The translations under genes were made by a program, and so were the position numbers. A stretch of 16,459 nt of DNA from Candidatus Sulfobium sp. (GTDB lineage Bacteria; Nitrospirota; Thermodesulfovibrionia; Thermodesulfovibrionales; UBA6898): the NCBI GenBank assembly GCA_037380845.1, contig JARRRI010000061.1, positions 1 through 16,459 on the forward strand, written 5' to 3'. The notes beneath the pieces were generated by a model. It was not told the origin of the DNA and did not search any database. It was given only the letters and a program-made list of their open reading frames with translations. Shown here one piece after another: positions 15,976-16,459 of this stretch; within the stretch, counting starts at the first letter, position 1, and each line of letters starts with the position of its first letter.

Positions 15976-16459
15976 TCACCTTTCTTCTCTCAACATCCAG
16001 TGGTCTGTTCCTGGAATTATCCAATAAAGGTTGTCGCCTGAAATCAACTGCTTTCCAGTTCCGGCAAGTTCAATTCCATACTTAAATTTGAGATTGATAT
16101 CCCCCCGGTAATTCTTGTACAGGTGCGAAATATCCGGCTGGATTTCAATAATGTAAACTATTTCCTTCTGCCCTCCTCGGGCAATCGAAAGGCCCTCAGC
16201 ATGCCCGCGGGGATGGTTTGCAAGGCTAATCCAGTTTCCGAGGACCTCTGTCTGCAGGGAAAACATGGTGTCTATTTTTTTAATGGAAATAACACCTTCC
16301 GAGTAGTTCTTAAGTGAAACTCTAACTTCATACCTGTCGCCACCAAGGAATTTGATACCGCTCACCGTGGCTGTTAAGGGCATGCGCAAATCGGCCGAAC
16401 AAGAAACTTTTGGCGAGTTCATAATAAAAATAAAGCCAAAAAATACCGGTACAAACAAA
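15976..16459 (-). CDS. Exported hypothetical protein, paralog of 4085..4615; 5' end probably outside the window
   Basis: GGDRYEVRVSLKNYS...QTEVLGNWISL...LYKNYRGDINLKFKY...LYWIIP aligns with GGGTYKITLSLKNIS...QAEALGQWIKL...LYLNGFGEINLRFSY...LYWITP. The ORF runs to the window edge. Confidence 0.8.
   Translation of the reverse strand, partial: LFVPVFFGFIFIMNSPKVSCSADLRMPLTATVSGIKFLGGDRYEVRVSLKNYSEGVISIKKIDTMFSLQTEVLGNWISLANHPRGHAEGLSIARGGQKEIVYIIEIQPDISHLYKNYRGDINLKFKYGIELAGTGKQLISGDNLYWIIPGTDHWMLREER

Noticed and set aside
1..16459. CRISPR array, tRNA/rRNA or transposon
   Set aside because: No regularly spaced repeats, RNA gene signatures or transposase motifs were seen.

Overview
Bacterial locus built around a Tat-exported thiocyanate dehydrogenase (TcDH)-family tri-copper beta-propeller enzyme (11911..13455, -), in which the recalled Cu-ligand and catalytic residues are all present. 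Upstream of it lie a sigma54-type promoter, an IHF-like site and two enhancer-like palindromes. Downstream, on the same strand, are three MacB/FtsX-type ABC permeases, two ABC ATPases, two YtkA/FixH-like proteins, members of an uncharacterised four-copy exported protein family, a lipoprotein and a small Cys-rich two-CW-like protein. An AlgE-like outer-membrane porin gene lies upstream. A MASE3-like sensor kinase and an NtrC-family sigma54 activator converge on the operon from the + strand. No CopC/CopD or c-type cytochrome gene is visible in the window. At least three accessory or regulatory genes (the kinase, the second ATPase junction and one paralog) carry deletions or nonsense codons while the enzyme gene looks intact, which could be real decay or assembly error. 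Family assignments come from recalled motifs; no searches were run.
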